Origin: Bacillota bacterium
GTDB lineage: Bacteria > Bacillota > JAAYKD01
DNA length: 64,000 bases
Assembly (NCBI GenBank): GCA_963666425.2
Contig: OY762825.2
Location: 2,272,001 to 2,336,000, forward strand
Reading direction: 5' to 3'
A program made the position numbers and the translations under genes. Shown piece by piece: positions 31,057 through 40,530 of this stretch. Below the pieces are notes generated by a model. The model made no database searches. It worked only from the letters and a program-made list of their open reading frames with translations, and was not told the DNA's origin. The first letter of the stretch is position 1, and every line of letters starts with the position of its first letter.

Positions 31057-31899
31057 ATGTTCGAAATTATCAGAAAAATCGAGTTGAACCCTACTGTTAC
31101 CCAACTGGATATCTATGCTCCGCTGGTCGCGAAAAAAGCAGAACCGGGACAGTTCATCATCCTGCGCGTGGATGCCGAAGGGGAAAGAATTCCTTTGACT
31201 GTAGCGGACTATGATCGCAGCAGCGGCAGCGTTTCCATCATCTTTCAAATTGTGGGTGCGACAACCGCCAAATTGAATCACCTCAAGGTGGGTGATTCCT
31301 TACAGGACTTTGTCGGTCCGCTCGGGAAACCAACCGAAACAGACGGATTAAAGAAAGTGGCTGTGGTCGGCGGCGGCGTTGGCTGCGCCATCGCCTATCC
31401 GATCGCCAAGAAACTGCATGAACTGGGTGCAGAAGTGCATACGATCGTCGGTTTTCGCAGCAAAGACCTGGTCATCCTGGAAGATCAATTCAAGTGTTCC
31501 TGCAGTTTATTGAAGATGATGACAGATGACGGCAGTTATGGTGAAAAAGGATTTGGCACCGATGCCTTGAAAGCCCTGATTGAGAGCGGCGAGCAATATG
31601 ATGAAGTGATTGCCATCGGACCTTTGATGATGATGAAATTCGTCTGTAAGCTGACGAAAATCTATGGGATTAAAACCATTGTCAGTATGAATCCGATCAT
31701 GATCGACGGTACCGGTATGTGCGGCTGCTGCCGATTGACGGTGGGCGGCAAAACCAAATTTGCCTGCGTGGACGGACCGGATTTTGACGGGCATCAGGTT
31801 GATTTTGACGAAGTCATCGCGCGCGCCTCGATGTATCAGGCGTTTGAGCGAACAGCTTTCGAGCATACCTGCAATCTCTTTCAATTGGAGGTAGAATAA
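31057..31899 (+). CDS. nfnA: NfnA, electron-bifurcating transhydrogenase small subunit
   Basis: PGQFIIL, GERIPLT, GGGVG, DGTGMCGCCR...FACVDGPDFD 2Fe-2S motif; adjacent to a GltD-like gene. Confidence 0.85.
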   Translation: MFEIIRKIELNPTVTQLDIYAPLVAKKAEPGQFIILRVDAEGERIPLTVADYDRSSGSVSIIFQIVGATTAKLNHLKVGDSLQDFVGPLGKPTETDGLKKVAVVGGGVGCAIAYPIAKKLHELGAEVHTIVGFRSKDLVILEDQFKCSCSLLKMMTDDGSYGEKGFGTDALKALIESGEQYDEVIAIGPLMMMKFVCKLTKIYGIKTIVSMNPIMIDGTGMCGCCRLTVGGKTKFACVDGPDFDGHQVDFDEVIARASMYQAFERTAFEHTCNLFQLEVE

Positions 31900-31900
31900 A

Positions 31901-33292
31901 TTGACGAATTTATCTTTAAAGAAAAATCCAATGCCTGCGCAAGACCCAAACGTCCGAAATAAGAATTTTTTGGAAGTCACCCTCGGCTATACGGCAGAGC
32001 AGGCGCTCGATGAAGCCAAACGCTGCCTGAACTGCAAAAACAAACCTTGCGTCAATGGCTGCCCGGTCAGCATCAATATTCCCGCTTTCATCAAAGAAGT
32101 GGAAGCAGGTCATTTTGCAGCTGCCTACGATGTGATCAATCAAGCCAGTTCCTTGCCGGCGGTTTGCGGCCGGGTCTGTCCGCAGGAAAGTCAATGCGAA
32201 AAATATTGCGTCAGAGGGATCAAAGGCGAACCGGTAGGGATCGGCCGTCTGGAGCGCTTTGTCGCCGACTGCTATCAGGCCGAAGCCAGTGGAAAAATTG
32301 AAAAGCCAGTGGCCAACGGGCACAAAGTTGCTGTGATCGGTTCCGGACCTTCCGGTCTTACCTGCGCCGGTGACTTGGCTAAAATCGGCTATGCTGTCAC
32401 CATCTTTGAAGCGCTGCATGTGGCCGGAGGTGTGCTGGTTTACGGAATTCCGGAATTCCGTCTGCCCAAGGCGATTGTGCAAAAGGAAATTGATGGCTTG
32501 AAAGCATTGGGTGTAAAAGTCGAGACAAACGTGGTGATTGGCAAAACCATAACGGTTGACGAATTGCTGGATGCCTATGGCTTTGAAGCCGTCTTTATCG
32601 GATCCGGTGCCGGTTTACCGAATTTCATGAATATTCCGGGTGAGAACCTCAAAGGAGTCTATTCTGCCAATGAATTTCTGACTCGCATCAACCTGATGAA
32701 GGCTTATCAGCCCAACAGCAGCACCCCGATCCAAAAAGGCAAAAACGTCATCGTGGTCGGCGGCGGTAATGTTGCCATGGATTCTGCCCGCTGCGCCAAA
32801 CGGCTGGGTGCCAATGTCACCATTGTTTATCGCAGAACAGAAAATGAATTGCCGGCCCGGCGTGAGGAAGTGGAACACGCCATCGAGGAAGGAATCCAAT
32901 TTAAATTTCTGCATAGCCCGCTGGAGATTTACAGCGATGAAAACGGCTTTGTCAATGGCGCTCTTTGCCAGGAGATGGTGCTGAGTGAACCGGATGCCTC
33001 CGGCCGAGCGAGACCGATTCCGCTGCAGGGCAGTGAATTTAGAATGGACTGCGATACCGTGATCATGGCCATTGGCACCTCTCCCAATCCATTGATTAAG
33101 TCCACTACGGAAGGTTTGCAGACCAATAAATACGGCTGCATTGTGGCCGACCAAAGCGGATTAACCTCTCGACCGGGTGTTTTTGCCGGCGGGGATGCGG
33201 TGACCGGCGCAGCGACGGTCATCTTAGCGATGGGTGCCGGCAAAATTGCGGCAGAAGCGATGCATCAATTTATCCAAGGTAAAAATCAGTAA
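31901..33292 (+). CDS. nfnB: NfnB, GltD-like large subunit
   Basis: EAKRCLNC..PCVNGCP, CGRVCPQESQCEKYC, GSGPSG, GGGNVAMD, GDAVTG; no gltB nearby. Confidence 0.85.
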   Translation: MTNLSLKKNPMPAQDPNVRNKNFLEVTLGYTAEQALDEAKRCLNCKNKPCVNGCPVSINIPAFIKEVEAGHFAAAYDVINQASSLPAVCGRVCPQESQCEKYCVRGIKGEPVGIGRLERFVADCYQAEASGKIEKPVANGHKVAVIGSGPSGLTCAGDLAKIGYAVTIFEALHVAGGVLVYGIPEFRLPKAIVQKEIDGLKALGVKVETNVVIGKTITVDELLDAYGFEAVFIGSGAGLPNFMNIPGENLKGVYSANEFLTRINLMKAYQPNSSTPIQKGKNVIVVGGGNVAMDSARCAKRLGANVTIVYRRTENELPARREEVEHAIEEGIQFKFLHSPLEIYSDENGFVNGALCQEMVLSEPDASGRARPIPLQGSEFRMDCDTVIMAIGTSPNPLIKSTTEGLQTNKYGCIVADQSGLTSRPGVFAGGDAVTGAATVILAMGAGKIAAEAMHQFIQGKNQ

Positions 33293-33411
33293 CCGATATC
33301 ATTGCAAAACGCAGCCGAGCCTTTGTTTAATAAGCACGGAACTGTCTCGTTCGGGAGTCAGGGCCGTGCTTTTCCGCAGAAAAAATCGAAAAGCGGCGTA
33401 CTGTGATTTTA

Positions 33412-33440
33412 TTGACAGGCAGAACAGTCAATGATACTAT
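33412..33440 (+). promoter_or_regulatory. Sigma-A promoter of the dlt-like operon
   Basis: TTGACA-17-TACTAT with extended TG. Confidence 0.65.
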
Positions 33441-33574
33441 AGTAAGAATAAGAAACGTGTGTCAAATGAAGGTCAACACTCGAAAAAAGTGATGACTGCA
33501 TGAGATTTACGGTGAATTTCTAAGCAATAAAGCCAAACGAATCAGCACTGCATCCAAGCAGTGGGGAGACAACA

Positions 33575-35089
33575 ATGACAAAGAGTGTTCTGGAGTATTT
33601 AGAGCGTTCGGCAGCACGGTTTCCGGATAAAACGGCATTTGAAGATGAAACATCTTCTTGCACCTACGGGGAACTATGGCAGCGTGCGCAAAGAATCGGC
33701 AGCGTTTTGGCGAATAAAATTCCTGCCGGCTCTCCGATTCCTGTTTTCATGGAAAAAAGCGTGACAGCGGTAACCCTGTTCATGGGTATTCTGTCAGCCG
33801 GTTGTTTTTATGTCATGTTGGATGTGAAACAGCCGGTCACCCGCTTGAATCAGATTGTCAAAACGCTGGAAGCGTCTGTCATCATTACTGACCGGACCAA
33901 TCAAAACGCCTTGGCCTGTTTGGATTTTACGGGAGAAATCCTTGCTTTCGAAGATCTGATGCCGGAGCAGCCGGATGAAATGCTCTTGGCGGCGCGAAGA
34001 GAACAGGCACTGGACATCGATCCGCTCTACGGCATTTTTACTTCCGGATCCACCGGTGTGCCCAAGTGTGTGGTGATCAGCCATCGTTCCGTCATCGATT
34101 TTATGGATTATTTTCCCGATCTGTTTCAGATCTCAGAGCAAGATGTCATTGGCAATCAAGCGCCGTTTGATTTTGATGTGTCGGTCAAGGATATTTACAC
34201 CACGCTCAAAACCGGAGCCACTATGGTGATCATTCCGCGCCGCATGTTTTCCATGCCGATGCAGCTGCTCGATTACCTGGCGGACAGAAAAGTGACGACG
34301 CTGATTTGGGCTGTGTCTGCTTTGTGTATCCTGACCACCCTGAATGCCTTTGAGTATAAGATTCCTCGTGATATCAAGAAAATTTTGTTCAGCGGCGAGG
34401 TGATGCCGATCAAGCATCTGAATAAATGGCGAGTGGTCTACCCCAAAGCACTGTTTGTCAATCTCTATGGTCCCACCGAGATCACCTGCAACTGCACCTA
34501 TTACATCGTCGACCGAGAATTTCAGCCGGGGGAAGTTCTGCCCATGGGCAAAGCGTTTCCCAATGAAAAGGTCATGCTTTTGGACGAAAACAACCGCCTG
34601 ATCACAGCGCCAAAACAAGAGGGTGAGCTCTGCGTTTCCGGAACCGCTCTGGCTTTGGGTTATTACAACAATCGGGAGCAAACCGAAAATGCTTTTGTGC
34701 AAAATCCGTTGAATCCACATTTTCTGGAACTGATTTACCGCACGGGCGATCTGGCTTATTATAATGAGCGCGGTGAATTCTGTTTTGCTTCAAGAAAGGA
34801 TTTTCAGATCAAACACATGGGGCAGCGGATTGAGTTGGGTGAAATCGAGACTTGTCTGGATCGAATCCCGGAAATCAAACGAGCCTGCTGCATCTTTGAC
34901 GCAGAGACAAATAAGATTGTCGCTTTCTATGAAGGCGATATTACCAAAGGTTTGATCATTCGGCAGCTGAAAATTGATTTACCCGTTTATATGCTGCCCA
35001 ATACCCTTCTGCGCGTGGAAGCCATGCCAATCAGTAAGAACGGAAAAATCGACCGGGTGGCTTTGAAAAATCTTCTGAAAAGGAGCTAA
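33575..35089 (+). CDS. Stand-alone amino-acid adenylation enzyme (DltA-like)
   Basis: FTSGSTGVPK, FDFDVSVKD, FSGE, NLYGPTE, YRTGD, QIKHMGQRIELGEIE, NGKIDR. Confidence 0.9.
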   Translation: MTKSVLEYLERSAARFPDKTAFEDETSSCTYGELWQRAQRIGSVLANKIPAGSPIPVFMEKSVTAVTLFMGILSAGCFYVMLDVKQPVTRLNQIVKTLEASVIITDRTNQNALACLDFTGEILAFEDLMPEQPDEMLLAARREQALDIDPLYGIFTSGSTGVPKCVVISHRSVIDFMDYFPDLFQISEQDVIGNQAPFDFDVSVKDIYTTLKTGATMVIIPRRMFSMPMQLLDYLADRKVTTLIWAVSALCILTTLNAFEYKIPRDIKKILFSGEVMPIKHLNKWRVVYPKALFVNLYGPTEITCNCTYYIVDREFQPGEVLPMGKAFPNEKVMLLDENNRLITAPKQEGELCVSGTALALGYYNNREQTENAFVQNPLNPHFLELIYRTGDLAYYNERGEFCFASRKDFQIKHMGQRIELGEIETCLDRIPEIKRACCIFDAETNKIVAFYEGDITKGLIIRQLKIDLPVYMLPNTLLRVEAMPISKNGKIDRVALKNLLKRS

Positions 35090-35091
35090 AA

Positions 35092-36267
35092 ATGGAACGC
35101 AGCGTGTTAGCGCGGATTGCGCAGGAATTTCCGACACCGGCTTATGTTTTTGAATTGGATGAATTAACGGCAAGACTGACCATGATCCGTGAACAATTAG
35201 GCGATGCGGCCGGGCTTTGCTTTGCAATGAAAGCCAATCCTTTTTTAGTCGATCATCTGAACGGCTTAGTGGACCGCTTTGAAGTTTGTTCTCCGGGTGA
35301 ATTTGCCATCTGCGAGCGAAACCAGATCCCGGCGGCGCGGATCGTCTTATCCGGTGTGAATAAAGAGCGGACGGAAATGGAACGCGTACTTCGCTGTTAT
35401 GACACAGCGGTGACTTTCACGGCCGAATCAGAGCAACAGCTGCAAATGTTGGCCAGCTGTGCCGAGGAACAGCAGAAAACAATCAAAATCATCCTGCGTT
35501 TGACCAGCGGCAATCAATTCGGGATGGATGAGGCAACCATCTGCCGGATTTTATCCCGCTGGCAGGAGTATCCCAACCTGCAGCTGATGGGTTTGCAGTA
35601 TTATTCCGGTACGCAGAAAAAAAAGATCTCGCTGATCGCCAAAGAACTGCACTATTTGGATGAATTTTGTATCCAACTGCAGAATTCATACCAAATTACC
35701 TTTCCGAACCTGGAATACGGCCCAGGTCTTTATACCCCTTATTTTGCCCAGGATGAAGCCGTGGATGACAGTGAGCTGCTGGCGGCTCTCGGCGATTTAC
35801 TGCGCAACATGCGTTTTGGCGGCAAGATCATGCTGGAGATGGGACGTTACCTGACGGCGCTCTGTGGTTACTATCTCACGTCCGTCGTTGATTGTAAGCG
35901 GAATCAGGATCAGAATTATTGCATCATCGATGGCGGCATCAATCACATTAATTATTATGGGCAAACAATGGCCATGAAAATGCCGCCGATCCTGCATCTG
36001 GCACAGCAGGACCGCGGACAGATAGAGAACTGGCATGTCTGCGGTTCCTTATGCACTGCCGGCGATGTCATTGTCAAGCAACTCCCCTTACGGCAGCTCA
36101 TGGTGGGGGATGTCTTGGTTTTTGGCAAATTAGGCGCATATTCGATCACGGAAGGCATCTACCTTTTCTTGAGCAGAGATCTTCCCGGCGTTTTGTTTTA
36201 TAATCAGGCCGAGGGGATTCGGCTGGTTCGCTCGAGTCTTGCTACTCACCCATTCAATTCGATTTAA
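35092..36267 (+). CDS. PLP-dependent fold-III decarboxylase (DAP-decarboxylase/BtrK/VinO-like)
   Basis: TPAYVF, FAMKANP (PLP lysine), EVCSPGE, EMGRY, GSLCTAGD, GAY. Confidence 0.85.
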   Translation: MERSVLARIAQEFPTPAYVFELDELTARLTMIREQLGDAAGLCFAMKANPFLVDHLNGLVDRFEVCSPGEFAICERNQIPAARIVLSGVNKERTEMERVLRCYDTAVTFTAESEQQLQMLASCAEEQQKTIKIILRLTSGNQFGMDEATICRILSRWQEYPNLQLMGLQYYSGTQKKKISLIAKELHYLDEFCIQLQNSYQITFPNLEYGPGLYTPYFAQDEAVDDSELLAALGDLLRNMRFGGKIMLEMGRYLTALCGYYLTSVVDCKRNQDQNYCIIDGGINHINYYGQTMAMKMPPILHLAQQDRGQIENWHVCGSLCTAGDVIVKQLPLRQLMVGDVLVFGKLGAYSITEGIYLFLSRDLPGVLFYNQAEGIRLVRSSLATHPFNSI

Positions 36268-36282
36268 GAGAGGAGAACCAAT

Positions 36283-36525
36283 ATGGAAAACTCAGAAGGA
36301 ATTAAAAAGATCATTGCGATTCTGGAGGACATCAATCCGGATGTGGATTATACAACTTGTACTAAGCTAATTGACAGTCAGATTCTCGATTCTTTCGCTA
36401 TTCTTTCGATTGTCGCCGAACTGCAGGAAGAATTTGATGTCTATGTGACGCCGATGGATATAAAACCGGCGAATTTCAACTCAGCCCAAGCTCTATGGGC
36501 TATGGTAGAGCGTCTGAGGGCGTAG
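36283..36525 (+). CDS. Acyl/aminoacyl carrier protein (DltC-like)
   Basis: Acidic 80-aa protein; ILDSF phosphopantetheine site; ANFNS. Confidence 0.9.
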   Translation: MENSEGIKKIIAILEDINPDVDYTTCTKLIDSQILDSFAILSIVAELQEEFDVYVTPMDIKPANFNSAQALWAMVERLRA

Positions 36526-36558
36526 TGTCTTGAGTAACGCTTCTAGATCTGGAGGCAA

Positions 36559-38103
36559 ATGATGTCGTTAGTTTCTTTGAAATTTGCACTCTTTCTGTTG
36601 GTTGCGGTCATTGGTTATTACCGTATACCAAAAAAATGGCAATGGATATGGCTGTTGGCCTTCAGTTACGTTTATTATGCGTCTGCCGGTCTGAAGATCG
36701 TACCTTTTTTGCTTTTTTCTACCGGCGTATCCTATCTGGCAGGCCGAATGCTGGACCAAATCAAAAACAGCCAAACCGAAAAAACTCTGAAACAGAAAAG
36801 GAAACGCTTTGTCTTATTGCTGACGCTGCTCCTGGATTTCGGCATGCTTGTGGTCATTAAATATACGAATTTCGCTTTAATCAACATGAATCGTCTGCTG
36901 GATCTGCACCTTTCCCTGCAGACTTTTCTGTTGCCGCTGGGTATCTCGTTTTATACCTTCCAATCGGCAGGTTATATCATCGATGTCTATTGGGAGAAAT
37001 ACGAAGCCGAAAGGAATCCCTTTCGGTTTGCTTTGTTTGTTTCCTTTTTCCCGCAGATTCTGCAGGGCCCCATCGGCCGTTTCGACCGGCTGGCGCGTCA
37101 GCTCTATGAAGAGCATGAGTTTAATTGGCCGCGCATGGAACGCTCCCTGCAGTTGATTCTCTGGGGATTCTTTAAAAAAATGGTGATCGCCGATAATGCA
37201 GCCCGCGTGGTTGGTGAGGTTTTCTGGGGCAACAATTATCAAAAATATACCGGCACCACGATTTTGGTGGCAGTCTTGGGCTATTCCATTCAGCTCTACG
37301 GAGATTTTTCGGGCGGTATGGATGTCGTCAAAGGGGCTGCCAATCTGTTTGGCATTGAGTTGGACGAGAATTTTAAACGGCCTTTTTTTGCAGTTTCCAT
37401 TGCGGATTTTTGGCATCGCTGGCATATTACGCTGGGCACCTGGATGAAGGATTATGTCTTTTATCCCTTATCGCTATCCAAAACGATGAATCGCTTTGGC
37501 AAATCTGCCCGAAAACTTCTGGGCAAAAACATGGGGCGCGCTTTGCCGATTTGCGTGGTGAATATCATTGTATTTTTCATCGTTGGTGCTTGGCACGGCG
37601 CGAATTGGAAATATATCGCTTATGGTTTGTATAACGGACTGATCATCGGCTTCAGCGGCTTGATGATGCCGACCGCCAGGAAATGGAAAATCGCTTGTCA
37701 TATCAATGATAAATCAACAGCCTGGCGCATCTTTCAGATTTTCCGAACTTTTATCCTAGTCAATATCAGCTGGTATTTTGACCGGGCCGATAATCTGACG
37801 CATGCCTTCGCGCTGATGCAGAAAACGGTGACCGATTTTCACTTTTCTGATTTCTTGGACGGCACGCTGATGTTGAAAGGGGTAAGCCAGATAGGGCTGC
37901 ACCTTTACAACATCGTCTTGCTTGGTTGTGTCGTGCTATTTATTGTCAGTTATTATCAGGAAAAAGGTGTTCGGATCGGCGAAGTGCTGCGCGCCAAACC
38001 GGTTGCTTTGCGCTTTGTCGTCTATCTGCTGCTTCTTTATGCTTTGCCGGCATTCGGAACACTGTCGTCATCCGGAGGAGGCTTTATCTATGCGCAATTC
38101 TAA
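36559..38103 (+). CDS. MBOAT O-acyltransferase (DltB/AlgI-like)
   Basis: LPLGISFYTFQ, FFPQILQGPI, DFSGGMD, FWHRWHITL, GAWHGA, C-terminal FIYAQF. Confidence 0.93.
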   Translation: MMSLVSLKFALFLLVAVIGYYRIPKKWQWIWLLAFSYVYYASAGLKIVPFLLFSTGVSYLAGRMLDQIKNSQTEKTLKQKRKRFVLLLTLLLDFGMLVVIKYTNFALINMNRLLDLHLSLQTFLLPLGISFYTFQSAGYIIDVYWEKYEAERNPFRFALFVSFFPQILQGPIGRFDRLARQLYEEHEFNWPRMERSLQLILWGFFKKMVIADNAARVVGEVFWGNNYQKYTGTTILVAVLGYSIQLYGDFSGGMDVVKGAANLFGIELDENFKRPFFAVSIADFWHRWHITLGTWMKDYVFYPLSLSKTMNRFGKSARKLLGKNMGRALPICVVNIIVFFIVGAWHGANWKYIAYGLYNGLIIGFSGLMMPTARKWKIACHINDKSTAWRIFQIFRTFILVNISWYFDRADNLTHAFALMQKTVTDFHFSDFLDGTLMLKGVSQIGLHLYNIVLLGCVVLFIVSYYQEKGVRIGEVLRAKPVALRFVVYLLLLYALPAFGTLSSSGGGFIYAQF

Positions 38104-39052
38104 AAGGGTCATCCTCTTTGCGGCATTTTTCACGGTCTGTCTGCTGCTTAACGTCATTTTGAATTATATTTTGATTCCGAATAATATCATGAGAATCAAG
38201 CTGCATAACCTGGAAACAACGACCTATGATGACTTATTCCTTGGTACGTCGCATGGCTTTTCGGCTGTGGATCCTCTGGTTGTAGACAGCATTACAGGGC
38301 GGAAAAGTACCAATCTCTGTATCTGGGGAGAGTATCCCAGAGATTCTTATTACCTTCTGAAAGAGGCATGCAGAGAGCACAAACCGGAACGCGTAGTTTA
38401 TGAGCTGGATCCCACTTATTGGATCAATAAGGATATTGATACCTATTATTATACGCAATTGTTTAATTATATGCCTTGGTCTCAGGTCAAGGCAGAGTAC
38501 TTCTTGGCGAAAATTACCTCGGCGGATTTTAGAGCTGTTTTATTCCCCTGGTTTAATTATCAATTGCAGTGGCAGCCGAATCTGGCCAATCTGGAATTAA
38601 AACAAACGGACAATTATAAAAACTACGGCCTTGATACATTTGATCTTTCCTATCAAACTTTGAAAGAAGAAGGATTCTTATTTTTCAAAGATACCAAGCG
38701 GACAAAGTCTCAATATGTCTCTCTTTGGGATGAAAAGAAAATGCTGGTGAATTCGTATCGGTATTTTGATAAAATGGTGACCTTCTGCCGGGAAAACGAC
38801 ATTGAACTGGTGGTTTTTACCACGCCCGTGCCACAGGAGACATTGGAGCTTTATCCGGAAAACTACCAAAAAGCATTCCAGTATTTTTCGAAAATGCTGC
38901 AAGGCTACGGTCTTACCTATTATAATTTCAATTACATCCAATTGGATGGTTTTGATAAGAGTCTTGTCGGTTATTCCGATTATGATGGACACATGTATGG
39001 TGATACTGCCGGTTCCTTCAGCAAATCCCTGGGAGACTATCTGAAAAAATAA
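38090..39052 (+). CDS. Membrane-anchored SGNH-like transferase (DltD/AlgJ-like)
   Basis: N-terminal TM; LFLGTSH nucleophile block; C-terminal DYDGHM; overlaps the MBOAT stop. Confidence 0.7.
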   Translation: MRNSKRVILFAAFFTVCLLLNVILNYILIPNNIMRIKLHNLETTTYDDLFLGTSHGFSAVDPLVVDSITGRKSTNLCIWGEYPRDSYYLLKEACREHKPERVVYELDPTYWINKDIDTYYYTQLFNYMPWSQVKAEYFLAKITSADFRAVLFPWFNYQLQWQPNLANLELKQTDNYKNYGLDTFDLSYQTLKEEGFLFFKDTKRTKSQYVSLWDEKKMLVNSYRYFDKMVTFCRENDIELVVFTTPVPQETLELYPENYQKAFQYFSKMLQGYGLTYYNFNYIQLDGFDKSLVGYSDYDGHMYGDTAGSFSKSLGDYLKK

Positions 39053-39078
39053 AGTCGGGCGAATCAATAAAAAGGTAT

Positions 39079-39117
39079 AAAAAAAAGCAGGCACTGTCAG
39101 GTGCCTGTTTTTTTTTA
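39079..39117. terminator. Bidirectional terminator
   Basis: A-tract-GCAGGCAC..GTGCCTG-T-tract. Confidence 0.85.
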
Positions 39118-39183
39118 TCGGAACTGTTTGCCTGCTTTCAGCCTTGTTTGGCTGCAAAATCCATTTGAGGCGGCAAGGAATCA

Positions 39184-39330
39184 TTAAATGACTCTTTTGC
39201 CCTGCACTAAACGGATGATCACCAAAACCACGGCGATGACTAAGAGAATGTGCAAAAGGCCTCCGCCCGTAGTAGTAACCAATCCAAGTAACCATAAAAC
39301 AATCAGGACGACTGCAATCGTGTATAACAT
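39184..39330 (-). CDS. Lmo0937-family small membrane protein, 48 aa (not in the ORF track)
   Basis: MLYTIAVVLIVLWLLGLVTTTGGGLLHILLVIAVVLVIIRLVQGKRVI; AAGGAG RBS. Confidence 0.85.
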   Translation of the reverse strand: MLYTIAVVLIVLWLLGLVTTTGGGLLHILLVIAVVLVIIRLVQGKRVI

Positions 39331-39384
39331 AATGCACTCCTTCTTCTTATGAGAATCATTTCTTTGCTTTTTCGATTCGATTTA

Positions 39385-39801
39385 CTAATCGGATAAGGTC
39401 TTCTTGACAGGGTAATCGACTGATTGATCCGCAGGATCAATCGGCGTGTATTCGACCCATTCCGGACGGACCCTTCTGGGCCTAACCAGTCCCAGGAGAA
39501 TCAGGCCAATGACACCGGTAACCAGCATCGCGATGAGGGTAGCGGGTTCCAAAAGCGGCAAGGCATCGATGGTGGTCAGGCTTACCGGAAAGATCCCATC
39601 AAAGATACCAACAATGTATTGCGTGACAGTGTAAATTCCTTTGACAAAAACATTGGTCGGATCCGCTCCCAGTAATTTGAAAAACAAGCGAAACGCCAGG
39701 GTGCATTCGAGCAAAGCTGTTAAGGCTCCGAACAGACGATATAAGAAAACATTTCCATCCACCGTTGTTTGCAGATCAGTTGAGTTAGTCTTTCTTTCCA
39801 T
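39385..39801 (-). CDS. YggT-like membrane protein
   Basis: LAFRLFFKLLGADPTNVFVKGIYTVT...FDGIF...EPATLIAM. Confidence 0.75.
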   Translation of the reverse strand: MERKTNSTDLQTTVDGNVFLYRLFGALTALLECTLAFRLFFKLLGADPTNVFVKGIYTVTQYIVGIFDGIFPVSLTTIDALPLLEPATLIAMLVTGVIGLILLGLVRPRRVRPEWVEYTPIDPADQSVDYPVKKTLSD

Positions 39802-39922
39802 TTTTAATTCCTTCCTTTTTTTTAACACTTGTTATTACAATTCCGCAGAAGACGGACCGTTTTTGGCGATTTTCCAACAATAACAGGTAGAAGAGGAAGT
39901 GACATGTCTTTTCCATATCCGT

Positions 39923-39951
39923 ATCATAACATAGTTATGATTAAATGTCAA
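39923..39951 (-). promoter_or_regulatory. Promoter with overlapping palindrome
   Basis: Minus strand TTGACA-17-TATGAT; ATCATAAC-ATA-GTTATGAT perfect inverted repeat over the -10 and spacer. Confidence 0.6.
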
Positions 39952-40109
39952 CATAATATAATAATTATTATTAATATAATAATACGAATTATCGGATGAA
40001 TAAAATAGCGCCTAATTTTACGTCTGTTCCGCATGACTTTTTAGCGGCAATTTAGGCGGGGAAATTTCCAGAGCAAGAAGAAAACATCAAAAAAAAAATC
40101 AGTAAATAG

Positions 40110-40162
40110 ATTGACAAAGTTCAATATGATGGTTATACTCAATATATAGATAAAGTTCAATA
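40110..40162 (+). promoter_or_regulatory. ars operon promoter with two putative ArsR operators
   Basis: TTGACA-17-TATACT; ATTGA-CAAAGT-TCAAT over the -35 and ATAGA-TAAAGT-TCAAT downstream of the -10. Confidence 0.7.
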
Positions 40163-40186
40163 AGTATAGATCGGGGGACTGTTAAG

Positions 40187-40513
40187 ATGAAATATTCCTA
40201 TGCAGAATTTGTGCCGGTGTTTAAGGCACTGGCTGACGAAACCAGGTTGAAAATATTGGAAATGCTGTCGTGCGGAGAAATGTGCGCCTGTGCAATTTTG
40301 GAGAGCTTTCGCATCAGCCAGCCAACGCTTTCTTATCATATGAAAATATTGATGGAGTGCGGTTTGGTGGATGGCCAGAAGGACGGCATTTGGATGCGCT
40401 ATACCTTAAATCAAACGCGTTTTCAGGAATTGCGGGAATTCTGTCATTTATTCTGTGGGGATCATGAGGACTGTATTTGTCATCACCCCAAGGCAGACGA
40501 GTGCTGCAAATAA
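40187..40513 (+). CDS. arsR: ArsR/SmtB family regulator 1
   Basis: FKALADETRLKIL, CGEMCAC, SQPTLSYHMK, Cys/His-rich tail. Confidence 0.9.
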   Translation: MKYSYAEFVPVFKALADETRLKILEMLSCGEMCACAILESFRISQPTLSYHMKILMECGLVDGQKDGIWMRYTLNQTRFQELREFCHLFCGDHEDCICHHPKADECCK

Positions 40514-40530
40514 CAAGGGAGGAGATTGGA

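Noticed and set aside
31901-33292. Glutamate synthase small subunit (gltD/gltA annotation)
   Set aside because: No gltB large subunit, and direct pairing with an NfnA-type gene indicates NfnAB
35092-36267. Housekeeping lysA
   Set aside because: Diverged motifs (QYYSGTQ and EYGPG instead of HIGSQ and GGG) and position inside an A-domain/ACP/MBOAT operon
38678-39337. 219-aa minus-strand ORF and other long antisense ORFs (e.g. 46770-47618, 62037-62921, 17870-18664)
   Set aside because: They overlap well-supported genes and show no family motifs; treated as shadow frames
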